Virus record (IMG/VR): IMGVR_UViG_3300014202_000216
Coordinates: 1-42,442 of that record
DNA from: a virus
Taxonomy: Duplodnaviria > Caudoviricetes
DNA: 42,442 nt
Reading direction: 5' to 3' (one strand)
The notes under the pieces were generated by a model that made no database searches, was not told where the DNA came from, and worked only from the letters and a program-made list of their open reading frames with translations. Positions within the stretch are counted from its first letter, which is position 1; each line of letters begins with the position of its first letter. The position numbers and the translations under genes are program-made. This document shows positions 1-7,487 of the stretch, in pieces.

Positions 1-8
1 CACCGAGG

Positions 9-98
9 CGTTGCCCATACGGGCGAATAAATCCAGTGGGCCGGACTCGACACCGGCTCGTCGGGTTGCGCTAGGGTCAGGGCAACGACAAACGTCAA
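9..98. repeat. Left copy of 90-bp terminal direct repeat
   Basis: cgttgcccatacggg...gacaaacgtcaa is identical to 42353-42442; bases 1-8 do not match 42345-42352. Confidence 0.95.
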
Positions 99-162
99 GT
101 TGATATCCCATCCCGATCTTCGTCATGCGCTGACTAGCGTTTCCTTCAACGCCGCCACTGGA
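32..162 (-). ncRNA. tRNA-like structured RNA, unit E1
   Basis: 8-bp closing stem TCCAGTGG/CCACTGGA, D-arm-like GCGTT-GAAGGA-AACGC, T-arm GCCGG-TGTCGAGT-CCGGC, about 80-nt insert instead of an anticodon arm; no encoded CCA. Confidence 0.65.
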
Positions 163-183
163 ACCCCTTACGGGGATAGGTTG

Positions 184-370
184 CTGCTGAGGTCGGACTT
201 GTAGATCAGCCGTCTACCGACACTCACGATTGCTCTGTACATCCCATGATGGCATCACGATCTTGGGGGCTTGCGTTCCGGCGCTGATCACGACGCTTCT
301 TAACCCGTGCCGCCTTGCCCTTGCCTTCGTGCCTCGTGGGGATTTCCCTGTTCATCAATCGTCGCAGCAG
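184..370 (-). ncRNA. tRNA-like structured RNA, unit E2
   Basis: Closing stem CTGCTG/CAGCAG, inner helix ACGATTG/CAATCGT, T-arm GTCGG...CAAGT-CCGAC with a hairpin inserted in the loop. Confidence 0.55.
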
Positions 371-372
371 GA

Positions 373-425
373 GAGTGGCCTGACTTGCAAGATATGAGAC
401 GTGCTTTCCCGTCTCCAAGCCACTC
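373..425 (-). ncRNA. Mini structured RNA, unit E3
   Basis: Stem GAGTGGC/GCCACTC enclosing hairpin GAGACG-GGAAAGCA-CGTCTC and a CAAGT T-loop-like motif. Confidence 0.4.
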
Positions 426-460
426 ACCAACAACGGCAATCCTCATTATACAGAGGGACG

Positions 461-631
461 CTACCAAGCGCCACCCAGCGGCTTCTCCATTTCGTAATGC
501 CACTGTTGCTTTTCTTCGTCGGTGCCGTCTTTGGGATATGGTGGAGACAGCACAGCGTTCACCGGCAAAAAGACCGTTGCGCCATCGATCACGACGCGCC
601 TCAAGAGCGGTCCGGCCTGCTTTGCGCCCAT
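461..631 (-). CDS. Small hypothetical protein (56 aa)
   Basis: ATG at 631 preceded by GGAGAG; same strand as the early left operon. Confidence 0.5.
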   Translation of the reverse strand: MGAKQAGPLLRRVVIDGATVFLPVNAVLSPPYPKDGTDEEKQQWHYEMEKPLGGAW

Positions 632-654
632 CTTCACTCTCCAATAGGATCGGT

Positions 655-702
655 TGATAAACACATCTATTTAATGTGTTTAAATTATCGCGTTTTGTTA
701 AC
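655..702. promoter_or_regulatory. AT-rich putative promoter/operator with AAACACAT-N7-ATGTGTTT palindrome
   Basis: AT-rich island in a GC-rich genome; perfect 8-bp inverted repeat upstream of the 461-631 gene. Confidence 0.4.
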
Positions 703-730
703 GCATCTCTCATCCCCCTGATGGGGAAAA

Positions 731-821
731 ACCAGTGGGCCGGATTGGTTACCGGCAATACGGACCTACAGTGCGCAGGGTTGCAAATGCGCTTCTAAAG
801 CGGCGAACGTCGCCAGCGGGT
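731..821 (-). ncRNA. tRNA-like structured RNA, unit E0
   Basis: T-arm GCCGG-TAACCAAT-CCGGC followed by CCACTGG as in E1; 5' end TGGCGACGTT resembles TGGCGGCGTT of E1; closing stem imperfect. Confidence 0.5.
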
Positions 822-898
822 CGCTTCTGTTTTGCCAGACCATAGGGCTTACTCCTCGCATCAATCAAATGGTTTACGGGGCATGGATTGTTCGGTTT

Positions 899-1420
899 CT
901 ACTCCTCACTGGTAGGAGAGGGGCGGGAGAAAAGATCGGCGATTGGCTTTTCTTGTCGAGTGGGAGCGCACGCGGCGTCATCAACAATCATCCAGCGGGC
1001 GGCGGGCGGTATGATTGAAGTGTCGGCCTGTTGCCATTTGAAGTAGCCAAGCGCTCCGACCGCAGGAATAAAATCGCAGCATTGAGGATTTGATAAGACG
1101 AGGCCACGCGGCCCCATAAACCAAGGGCTTTTGCTGTCCTTGACAACATCAATCACTTCAACGGTTCCGATGATGCCGCCGCGCATAAGATCAATCGCTG
1201 GCGGGCATGTAACGCCTATGTGAGCCATAAAGTCGCTTGCGCTTTCGTATTCATCGCGCGTTATGCCTTTGGCGGCGTGAATGGCAATTGATCCGCGAAC
1301 CCTTAGGCCATGATTGACCGCTTGCCATGAGCGGTTTTCAATGTCTTTTCCAGCGTGAATAATTGCCCATGCCCAAGGCTGTCGAACAGATAGCGCCTGC
1401 GGTGGTATGGATTTGTCCAT
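899..1420 (-). CDS. ASCH domain protein
   Basis: ALSVRQPWAWAII..GKDIENRSW signature, IAIHA, GGIIGTVEV. Confidence 0.9.
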   Translation of the reverse strand: MDKSIPPQALSVRQPWAWAIIHAGKDIENRSWQAVNHGLRVRGSIAIHAAKGITRDEYESASDFMAHIGVTCPPAIDLMRGGIIGTVEVIDVVKDSKSPWFMGPRGLVLSNPQCCDFIPAVGALGYFKWQQADTSIIPPAARWMIVDDAACAPTRQEKPIADLFSRPSPTSEE

Positions 1421-1786
1421 TCACCCCTCCTTCGGGACATTCGGGACAAGAGCGCGGATGCGACGGGATGCCTTCTCGCAAAATGAGGCGGCAAATCCCC
1501 ACCGTTCTTTTTGGACAGCCCACCATTCATCTTGCGTGGACTCTTCTTCTGTTCGGCACTTCGCTTCTTCTGATCGTGCGACTTTCGCTAAGTCGTCTCC
1601 CACCTCCGCGCATATCTCCACGCTCATGTTGAAGGCGAGAGTGGCTTGGCTTTCCCATTCCATCCACATTGGAACAATGTCAGCGTCCTTTGGATTAGTT
1701 TTGTAAATTGATGTTTTCCCGTCAGGGTCAAAATCCTCAGCAATGCACATCGCCCGCGCTATCGTCTCTATGTGGGGTGGGGTCAT
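1421..1786 (-). CDS. Hypothetical phage protein
   Basis: Abuts or overlaps both neighbours in the operon. Confidence 0.6.
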   Translation of the reverse strand: MTPPHIETIARAMCIAEDFDPDGKTSIYKTNPKDADIVPMWMEWESQATLAFNMSVEICAEVGDDLAKVARSEEAKCRTEEESTQDEWWAVQKERWGFAASFCEKASRRIRALVPNVPKEG

Positions 1787-2055
1787 GGCTTGGCCTCTAA
1801 AAGTGCGGCCAAAATTCGGTTAGCATAACTGAGATTGAAGGCGGCGCTGGCGCATTCGTCTTTGGCTTTTTCAAATGCTTCTACGACAGCTTGTGCGCTA
1901 TCCATGTCTGCCCCAATATTTGCTGCCGATGCCTCTTGAAGCGCCGTTCGCTTAGCCACAACGTCGGCCTCAAGGGCTGGAATTTCCAATCGGCGCAGAA
2001 GCATCATTTCAATGCGATCAAGTTGGTTTTTGCGGTTCAATCTGAAAAAACTCAT
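1783..2055 (-). CDS. Hypothetical phage protein
   Basis: ATGA overlap with the next gene; RBS GGGGGAG. Confidence 0.6.
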   Translation of the reverse strand: MSFFRLNRKNQLDRIEMMLLRRLEIPALEADVVAKRTALQEASAANIGADMDSAQAVVEAFEKAKDECASAAFNLSYANRILAALLEAKP

Positions 2056-2056
2056 G

Positions 2057-2650
2057 TCACTCCCCCTGTGTGAGAAAGGCGATGGCCTTCACGGTTGGCC
2101 GACGCGAAAGCCAATCGTTTATGCTCCATCCATCGCCAGCCCAATCTGGCTCACGAAGCCAGTTTCGCATCTTCGCCAGCGCCGCCTCTGCCTTCTCCGC
2201 GCGGGCTATGGCTGCGTCACGTTCGCGGATTATGCTTGCGGCTTGCTCGCTGACAGTCAGCGCCTTGCGATTATTTGGATAGCCGCAGGCGTCCCAGAAC
2301 TTGTCTTCTTCTTCGAGCGCGGCAAAACCGACCTTTGCTTCATCAGAAACCTTGCAAGCGTGTTCCTGTTCTCGAAGCGCGGTGGCGTTAGCGGCGTCGC
2401 GCTCTTCCGTCAACCTCTCCACCTCTGCGCGGAGAGTGGGTTTGGCCGCGCGGGTGTTCCACGCTTTGACAGCTTCACCCCATGTCGCGGCTGGCCCATT
2501 CGGGCCGTGGTAGGTTGGACTGCCACCTGACTTGCAGTCCTTACATGCAGCCTGTTGGCCGTCTCTAATGTTGAAAACGGTAATACGGTCGCTGCCACAG
2601 AAGGGGCAGGGCTTTAACCGCCCCACAATGTCTTTCTCTGCGTCACTCAT
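2057..2650 (-). CDS. lar: Lar-family restriction alleviation domain plus coiled coil
   Basis: LKPCPFCG...CKDC...AVKAWNTRA motif. Confidence 0.8.
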   Translation of the reverse strand: MSDAEKDIVGRLKPCPFCGSDRITVFNIRDGQQAACKDCKSGGSPTYHGPNGPAATWGEAVKAWNTRAAKPTLRAEVERLTEERDAANATALREQEHACKVSDEAKVGFAALEEEDKFWDACGYPNNRKALTVSEQAASIIRERDAAIARAEKAEAALAKMRNWLREPDWAGDGWSINDWLSRRPTVKAIAFLTQGE

Positions 2651-2898
2651 TCGGCTTTCTCCAGTCCAAAAGCTGCAATAACAATGTCAATGATTTCCGA
2701 CCGTTGAGCGGCTGGCATGAAGGACCATTTGCTGTTCTGCAAGGCCACCATTGCAGCGCGGTGTTGAGCGGGGGAAACCTTCCCTGCATGGGGGGAGGCG
2801 GCAACACCCGCTTTCCATTTCGCAAATGACTTGTGGTTTTCCAGCATTGCGTCACGCATTGGCTTGTCAGCCTCTACCGGCACGATTGCGTATTTCAT
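2647..2898 (-). CDS. Hypothetical phage protein
   Basis: 4-bp overlaps with both neighbours. Confidence 0.6.
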   Translation of the reverse strand: MKYAIVPVEADKPMRDAMLENHKSFAKWKAGVAASPHAGKVSPAQHRAAMVALQNSKWSFMPAAQRSEIIDIVIAAFGLEKAE

Positions 2899-3260
2899 GT
2901 TCTCTCCACTACCGTTCCATCTAGCTTCCGTTTGAAGCGAGGATTGCCAAATGAGGTCTTCGGTTTAAGGCCTAGGTGCTTCTTCTGGACGCGGGCGATT
3001 TTCGACTTGAGCGCAACATCCTCGCGCGTCTTCTCTCTGTGCTTATCGCGGAGTGCGGGGCGGAGATTATTTTCGCGGTTTTCTCCGCCATTGCACAATG
3101 CCACCACATGATCGCAGTCCCATTTATCAGCGGGGCCAATTTTGCGACCAGAGAGATAACACCGACCGTCATGCGCGAGGAATACGCGGGCACGAACGCG
3201 GGGCGGAATTGCCGTGTTTGGCGTCTTCCCAATCCACTCATTTGTGCTGCGTCCGGCCAT
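2895..3260 (-). CDS. HNH endonuclease-like protein
   Basis: WDCDHVVALCNGGENRENNL...H..KT motif. Confidence 0.85.
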   Translation of the reverse strand: MAGRSTNEWIGKTPNTAIPPRVRARVFLAHDGRCYLSGRKIGPADKWDCDHVVALCNGGENRENNLRPALRDKHREKTREDVALKSKIARVQKKHLGLKPKTSFGNPRFKRKLDGTVVERT

Positions 3261-3297
3261 TAATCAGTGTACCTCAGATTGCGGTTTTGTGGTAGGG

Positions 3298-3726
3298 TTA
3301 TGAGAATAAAAAGGCGATACCGTAGTATGCTGCAATGAGAAAGCCAAACCCCGTTGGCAGCAGGACCCCGCCGAATAATGCGTAAAATATCGTTTCAGCA
3401 ATGTCGTTGTATCCGCGCCGCGCGTGCCAAACACCAGCCCCGATGCCAACGAAGGCGAGAACGATGGCGATCTTGATTAGGATTGCCAGAGATTGACTCA
3501 TTGGTTCGCCAGAGCCGTACACCTCGAAAACGCAGTCGGCATAGTCGCGCTTCATGCCAACGGTTGATGTAGTCGCGTCGAAATTAGGCATGATTGCTTT
3601 GCACTCAGACACTCGCGCTTGGTGTGCATACTGTGCAGCTAGTGCTGCGTTTGCGGCGGATACACCAGCCATCGAACTAGAAATTGCCATCATCGTCCTC
3701 ATAAGGGTAGTAGCGAGACGGATCAT
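3298..3726 (-). CDS. Membrane protein (start uncertain)
   Basis: Two hydrophobic C-terminal segments. Confidence 0.55.
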   Translation of the reverse strand: MIRLATTLMRTMMAISSSMAGVSAANAALAAQYAHQARVSECKAIMPNFDATTSTVGMKRDYADCVFEVYGSGEPMSQSLAILIKIAIVLAFVGIGAGVWHARRGYNDIAETIFYALFGGVLLPTGFGFLIAAYYGIAFLFS

Positions 3727-3778
3727 CGCTTTAATGCTACCGTCTCGCTTGCGCCGGTATGGCGCGGGGGGAAGGCGG

Positions 3779-4204
3779 TTAGTATGGAATTTCGTCGCTA
3801 AGATCGTCAGCGCTGCGGTCGGGCTGTTGCGCCGATTCGTCCGATGATTGCCCGCCGCGACTGTCCAGCATCGTCAGCGTGGAGCCGAAGCCCTGCAAAA
3901 CAATCTCGGTGCTGTACTTCTCGACACCCGCTTGATCGGTCCACTTGCGCGTTTGCAATGAGCCTTCGATGTAGAGCTTTGCGCCCTTCTTGACGTATTG
4001 CTCCACTACCTTGCAAAGCCCTTCGTTGAAAATCACGACACGGTGCCACTCGGTCTTCTCTTTGCGCTCGCCAGTGTTCTTGTCTTTCCAAGTCTCGGAC
4101 GTTGCGACCGTGAGATTGGCGATAGGCCGCCCGTCCTGAGTGCGGCGAATTTCGGGGTCTTTGCCGACATTGCCGATGATGATTACTTTGTTGACGCTAC
4201 TCAT
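3779..4204 (-). CDS. ssb: Single-stranded DNA-binding protein
   Basis: SVNKVIIIGNVGKDPE, TEWHRVV, IEGSLQTRKW, acidic tail DEIPY. Confidence 0.97.
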   Translation of the reverse strand: MSSVNKVIIIGNVGKDPEIRRTQDGRPIANLTVATSETWKDKNTGERKEKTEWHRVVIFNEGLCKVVEQYVKKGAKLYIEGSLQTRKWTDQAGVEKYSTEIVLQGFGSTLTMLDSRGGQSSDESAQQPDRSADDLSDEIPY

Positions 4205-4821
4205 TCTACATCTCCATTGATGACATTGATTTTTGCAAACTCACCATAGTGAGACGCGGCTGATTGGTTGTAAGCTTTGGCGGCTGATAATTCGTCGGTG
4301 AAGCGGCCAACTGTTCTACCGGCACAGTAGGCAATCCAACGCTTATCTCTGGTGCACCACGACACACCTCTGAATGCCGATGATGACCCGACAACGGATG
4401 CGCGATTGCCAATATTCTGCATAAACGTGGCTTCGCGCAGGTTCGCTATACGATTGTCGGCGCGGTCCCCATTTATGTGGTCAAGGATTAGGGACGGCTC
4501 ACCCCCCGTATAGATGGTCCAACAAATACGGTGCGCCTGATAGAGACGTTTAAATATCGCCCCGCTCAGGTATCCATGTTTAGTTGGACATGCGAAGGCG
4601 GGTTTTCCGGAATATCGGTTGTTCCAACGCTGGCTGTCCCCATCGCTCTTGAAATAGCCACGCGGTCGCTGGTTCCATGTGAGTGCTCCCGTTGTGTGGT
4701 CGTATGAAATAAGTTCGCGGAGCATTTCGACTGGGGGCAGAGGTGCAAATTTCATCGCAGACCCGCCTTCGCGCGTTACCGCGTCTTTGCCGACATTGCC
4801 TGCGATGGTGATGGACTTCAT
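4201..4821 (-). CDS. HNH (HNH_3/AP2-type) homing endonuclease, in frame with an SSB-like N-terminal remnant; internal start at 4755
   Basis: YQAHRICW, DHINGDRADNRIANLREAT..QN, SAFRGVSW..AAKAYN; first 17 aa MKSITIAGNVGKDAVTR are SSB-like. Confidence 0.9.
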   Translation of the reverse strand: MKSITIAGNVGKDAVTREGGSAMKFAPLPPVEMLRELISYDHTTGALTWNQRPRGYFKSDGDSQRWNNRYSGKPAFACPTKHGYLSGAIFKRLYQAHRICWTIYTGGEPSLILDHINGDRADNRIANLREATFMQNIGNRASVVGSSSAFRGVSWCTRDKRWIAYCAGRTVGRFTDELSAAKAYNQSAASHYGEFAKINVINGDVE

Positions 4822-5441
4822 GCTGCGATTTCCTTGCTGAGAAGTGCGAGACGTTCGGTGTGGATTTGGTCAAGGCGGTCAACGGCCTTGGCATTGAGTT
4901 TGCGGAGTTCGGGGAGTTCGTCTGCCAGTCCATCCCAGAAGGATTCCAGTTCATCAACGTCAGTGATGTTCTGCATGAAGCCCGCAATCTGAGCGCACCG
5001 CTCCATGTGAGCGGGTTGCTTTTCAGGAGCCTTGGTTTTGGCCTTGGCGTCCGCTGGCGACTTTGCCGCTGCATTCCCGTCATCATCCTCAGGCGCGATA
5101 CCAAGCACTCCCATGAGGCCATAGCGCCTTGCGTAAGTTGTCGCGCTGCCAAGGCCCTGCATGTCGTTCTTGCCGACGATGAGCGGCGTATAGCCTTCAA
5201 TCCATTGGCCGGACTCGTGCCAGATACGCGTAATCATCGTAGTTCCGTCCAGACTGACCGACTGCCAGTAGCCGAGATTGTTCTTTTCAAGCGCCTCAGA
5301 GCAGGCGTCCACAACCGCTTCCAGATCGGCGTACTTCGATTTGAAATGCGGATTGTTGGCAGACTTCTTCACCGCGCCAACGGCATGCTCCGCCTTGATG
5401 AAGGCCGGAATAATCTTGTCTGTGGCTTCGCTCGTAAGCAT
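4818..5441 (-). CDS. erf: ERF-family single-strand annealing recombinase
   Basis: NPHFKSKYADLE, HESGQWIE, QGLGSATTYARRYGL, EDDDGNAA. Confidence 0.93.
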   Translation of the reverse strand: MLTSEATDKIIPAFIKAEHAVGAVKKSANNPHFKSKYADLEAVVDACSEALEKNNLGYWQSVSLDGTTMITRIWHESGQWIEGYTPLIVGKNDMQGLGSATTYARRYGLMGVLGIAPEDDDGNAAAKSPADAKAKTKAPEKQPAHMERCAQIAGFMQNITDVDELESFWDGLADELPELRKLNAKAVDRLDQIHTERLALLSKEIAA

Positions 5442-5788
5442 TACGCAAACTCCTTTTCCATTGCTCGCTCAAAACAGAGCAGTTCATAATCTTCTTCACT
5501 GATCGGGCTACGGCAGCACCAGACCCATACGTCCAGAGGGTCAACCTGCACACCGTCGCGCCATGCGATGAACGTCTCGTCTCCGTCAAGAAATCCGTCC
5601 TCGCCAATCGGGCTATGCAGAAGGATGCTGACTGGTATCCACGGGCCATATTCGCGGTATGCAATCCGGTCGCGCGTTCGATAAAATCCGCACTCCGGTT
5701 GGCTTTCGTGGTAAGCTACAGGCTCACCGGCAAGTGCTTTTTGCCACCATGAGTAGAGGTCCGTTGTGTCGGTCGGGCGGCGCATCAT
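5441..5788 (-). CDS. Hypothetical phage protein
   Basis: Coupled to erf; Trp-rich PECGFYR motif. Confidence 0.7.
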   Translation of the reverse strand: MMRRPTDTTDLYSWWQKALAGEPVAYHESQPECGFYRTRDRIAYREYGPWIPVSILLHSPIGEDGFLDGDETFIAWRDGVQVDPLDVWVWCCRSPISEEDYELLCFERAMEKEFA

Positions 5789-6090
5789 CTGTGTGCCTCA
5801 AAATAGCTCATCGGTGTTTCGCCCTTGAGTGCCAGCCATCCGCGATAGAATGGCGTGAGTTCTGCCCATGCCTGCTCTGCAAGGGGTTGGATCAATGCGC
5901 GGCGTTTCATTTCGTCAAGATTGCGCTGCGCTTCAACCGCGCCCGCTGGCGAAAGGATCAATTCAATGCCGGTGGGTTTGCGCTTTGCAGGCGGTGTTGC
6001 CTTGCGGTTGTTACGAGCCTGACGCTGTATTGCCCGTCCATAATCAGCAGGAAGCGGATCGCGGAAGGTGGCCGTAGGTGAGGGGGTCAT
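5785..6090 (-). CDS. Hypothetical phage protein
   Basis: Operon packing. Confidence 0.55.
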   Translation of the reverse strand: MTPSPTATFRDPLPADYGRAIQRQARNNRKATPPAKRKPTGIELILSPAGAVEAQRNLDEMKRRALIQPLAEQAWAELTPFYRGWLALKGETPMSYFEAHR

Positions 6091-6258
6091 TCAGATCACT
6101 CCTACGAGTTTTGCGATTACAAAAATGGAGAGCGGAACACCAAGCAACACACCGATAAACACAATCCCAACCCACGCGATGGGATCATTGTCAAAATCAC
6201 CAACCTCATCATGTTCATCCGGCAGATCGTGGTTGTCCGGTACATAGGGGCGGCTCAT
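6091..6258 (-). CDS. Small membrane protein
   Basis: Acidic N-terminus plus one TM helix; ATGA overlap with the upstream gene. Confidence 0.55.
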   Translation of the reverse strand: MSRPYVPDNHDLPDEHDEVGDFDNDPIAWVGIVFIGVLLGVPLSIFVIAKLVGVI

Positions 6259-6491
6259 CGTGCTTCCTCCCATGCCGTTTCCGCTGCTTTGCCGAATATG
6301 TGCTTTACGTCTGAAAGCAGATCATCAATGCGGTTTATGTCTTCATCAGTGAGCGCGTTCTTGGCGAGCGCGTTCAAAGTGTTGATAATCAGAAGCACGT
6401 TTTCATAGGCGTTCGCCGTGGCCTCGTAATTCTTCTTCGCGTGGTAAGCGTCCATTGCTGCATCCATCTTGTGGCTCAGTGCGCTGCTCAT
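6255..6491 (-). CDS. Hypothetical phage protein
   Basis: Overlapping start/stop codons with neighbours. Confidence 0.6.
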   Translation of the reverse strand: MSSALSHKMDAAMDAYHAKKNYEATANAYENVLLIINTLNALAKNALTDEDINRIDDLLSDVKHIFGKAAETAWEEAR

Positions 6492-6637
6492 TTGAAGCCA
6501 CCCAACAGGCGGTTAAGCTGCATCTGCTCAAGCCGGATAGCTTCCCGTGCGATGTAGTCAGCTTCGCGTTTCGCCCGCGCTTCCGCTTCGGTGCGCAATG
6601 GCTTCTGCAATTCGCCGCTGATAAGTACGGGGTCCAT
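6488..6637 (-). CDS. Small hypothetical protein (MDPVLISGEL...)
   Basis: RBS AGGAG before the internal ATG; overlaps the next gene. Confidence 0.5.
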   Translation of the reverse strand: MDPVLISGELQKPLRTEAEARAKREADYIAREAIRLEQMQLNRLLGGFK

Positions 6638-6772
6638 TGTTCGTCTCCTGATAAATGCGGTCCGGCAGCATTGAGGGGGCAATAGCCACCGGACCAGTTG
6701 TGCGGCAGGGAGGAGCGCCGCAGAGGGTTACAATCCGAAGCCCGCCGTATGGGCGCGGGGGAAACGCGCCTG

Positions 6773-6991
6773 TTAGGAAATGCCGTCCACCATGAAGCGC
6801 ACCATTGCCTCGGCCTGTGCGGCATCGAATAGGTTTGTGCCGGACGGCTCGTGTTTCATCGGATGAGCCGTATGTTCGTTGAAGGTCTTCTTGAAACTGA
6901 TGCCATCGTCGGGATTGAAATCCTCCGGCAGTTTCCAACCAAGAAACCGATTCACCATGTGCTTGATCTGGTCTTCCGTTATTTTGTTCAT
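6773..6991 (-). CDS. Hypothetical phage protein
   Basis: RBS AGGAG; MVNRFLGWKLPEDFNPDDGISF. Confidence 0.7.
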   Translation of the reverse strand: MNKITEDQIKHMVNRFLGWKLPEDFNPDDGISFKKTFNEHTAHPMKHEPSGTNLFDAAQAEAMVRFMVDGIS

Positions 6992-7018
6992 CGTCTGATT
7001 CTCCTGTCGGGTGGGCGA

Positions 7019-7465
7019 TTAGGCTGCGTTGGCTTTCGCCAGCGGTGTGATTGAAAACGGCCCATTGGATGCAATCTCGGTCGCGTCCGTGCAGGCGTCC
7101 GGCCCAAGGTCTGTGACCTCCGCGTCGGAGAACTTGCCAGCCCTCAGAGCTGCATCTGTGCAGACGCCGTGCTCGGCAGTGATGCGGATGATTTCGAGTG
7201 CCATTTCACGGATGCGACGGGCGCGGTGTTCGGCTTTGAACTCGGCCCATTTGGCCGTGGCTTCTGCGAGCAGGGCATCGAGGTTGTCGGCATAAACAGT
7301 GAAACCATTGCGAGCAAGCACACCATCGGGGTCAATGGACGCGCTAAAGGCCCGCTTTTCGTTCCAGCGGTTGAGATTGAGCGCGACAAACACATTCGCA
7401 TTTGGCCCGACGCTCTTTTCAAATTCGACAAATGCTGTAACGGCTTCTTGCGGTGTCATCTTCAT
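7019..7465 (-). CDS. Hypothetical phage protein
   Basis: RBS AGGAG, operon orientation. Confidence 0.65.
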   Translation of the reverse strand: MKMTPQEAVTAFVEFEKSVGPNANVFVALNLNRWNEKRAFSASIDPDGVLARNGFTVYADNLDALLAEATAKWAEFKAEHRARRIREMALEIIRITAEHGVCTDAALRAGKFSDAEVTDLGPDACTDATEIASNGPFSITPLAKANAA

Positions 7466-7487
7466 CTCCTGTCGGCGGGTGTGTGGG

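Noticed and set aside
32-162. Canonical tRNA or tmRNA gene
   Set aside because: No 7-nt anticodon loop at the expected place, 8-nt T-loop, no CCA, and no Ala-type acceptor or tag reading frame
224-758. ORFs 224-439, 300-758, 307-657 and 401-721
   Set aside because: No RBS or recognisable motifs; they overlap the paired RNA units and the better-supported 461-631 gene
766-885. 25-codon ORF (766-843) and MPRKPFD mini-ORF as integrase or excisionase remnants
   Set aside because: Too short for any homology claim; the 25-codon ORF overlaps RNA unit E0
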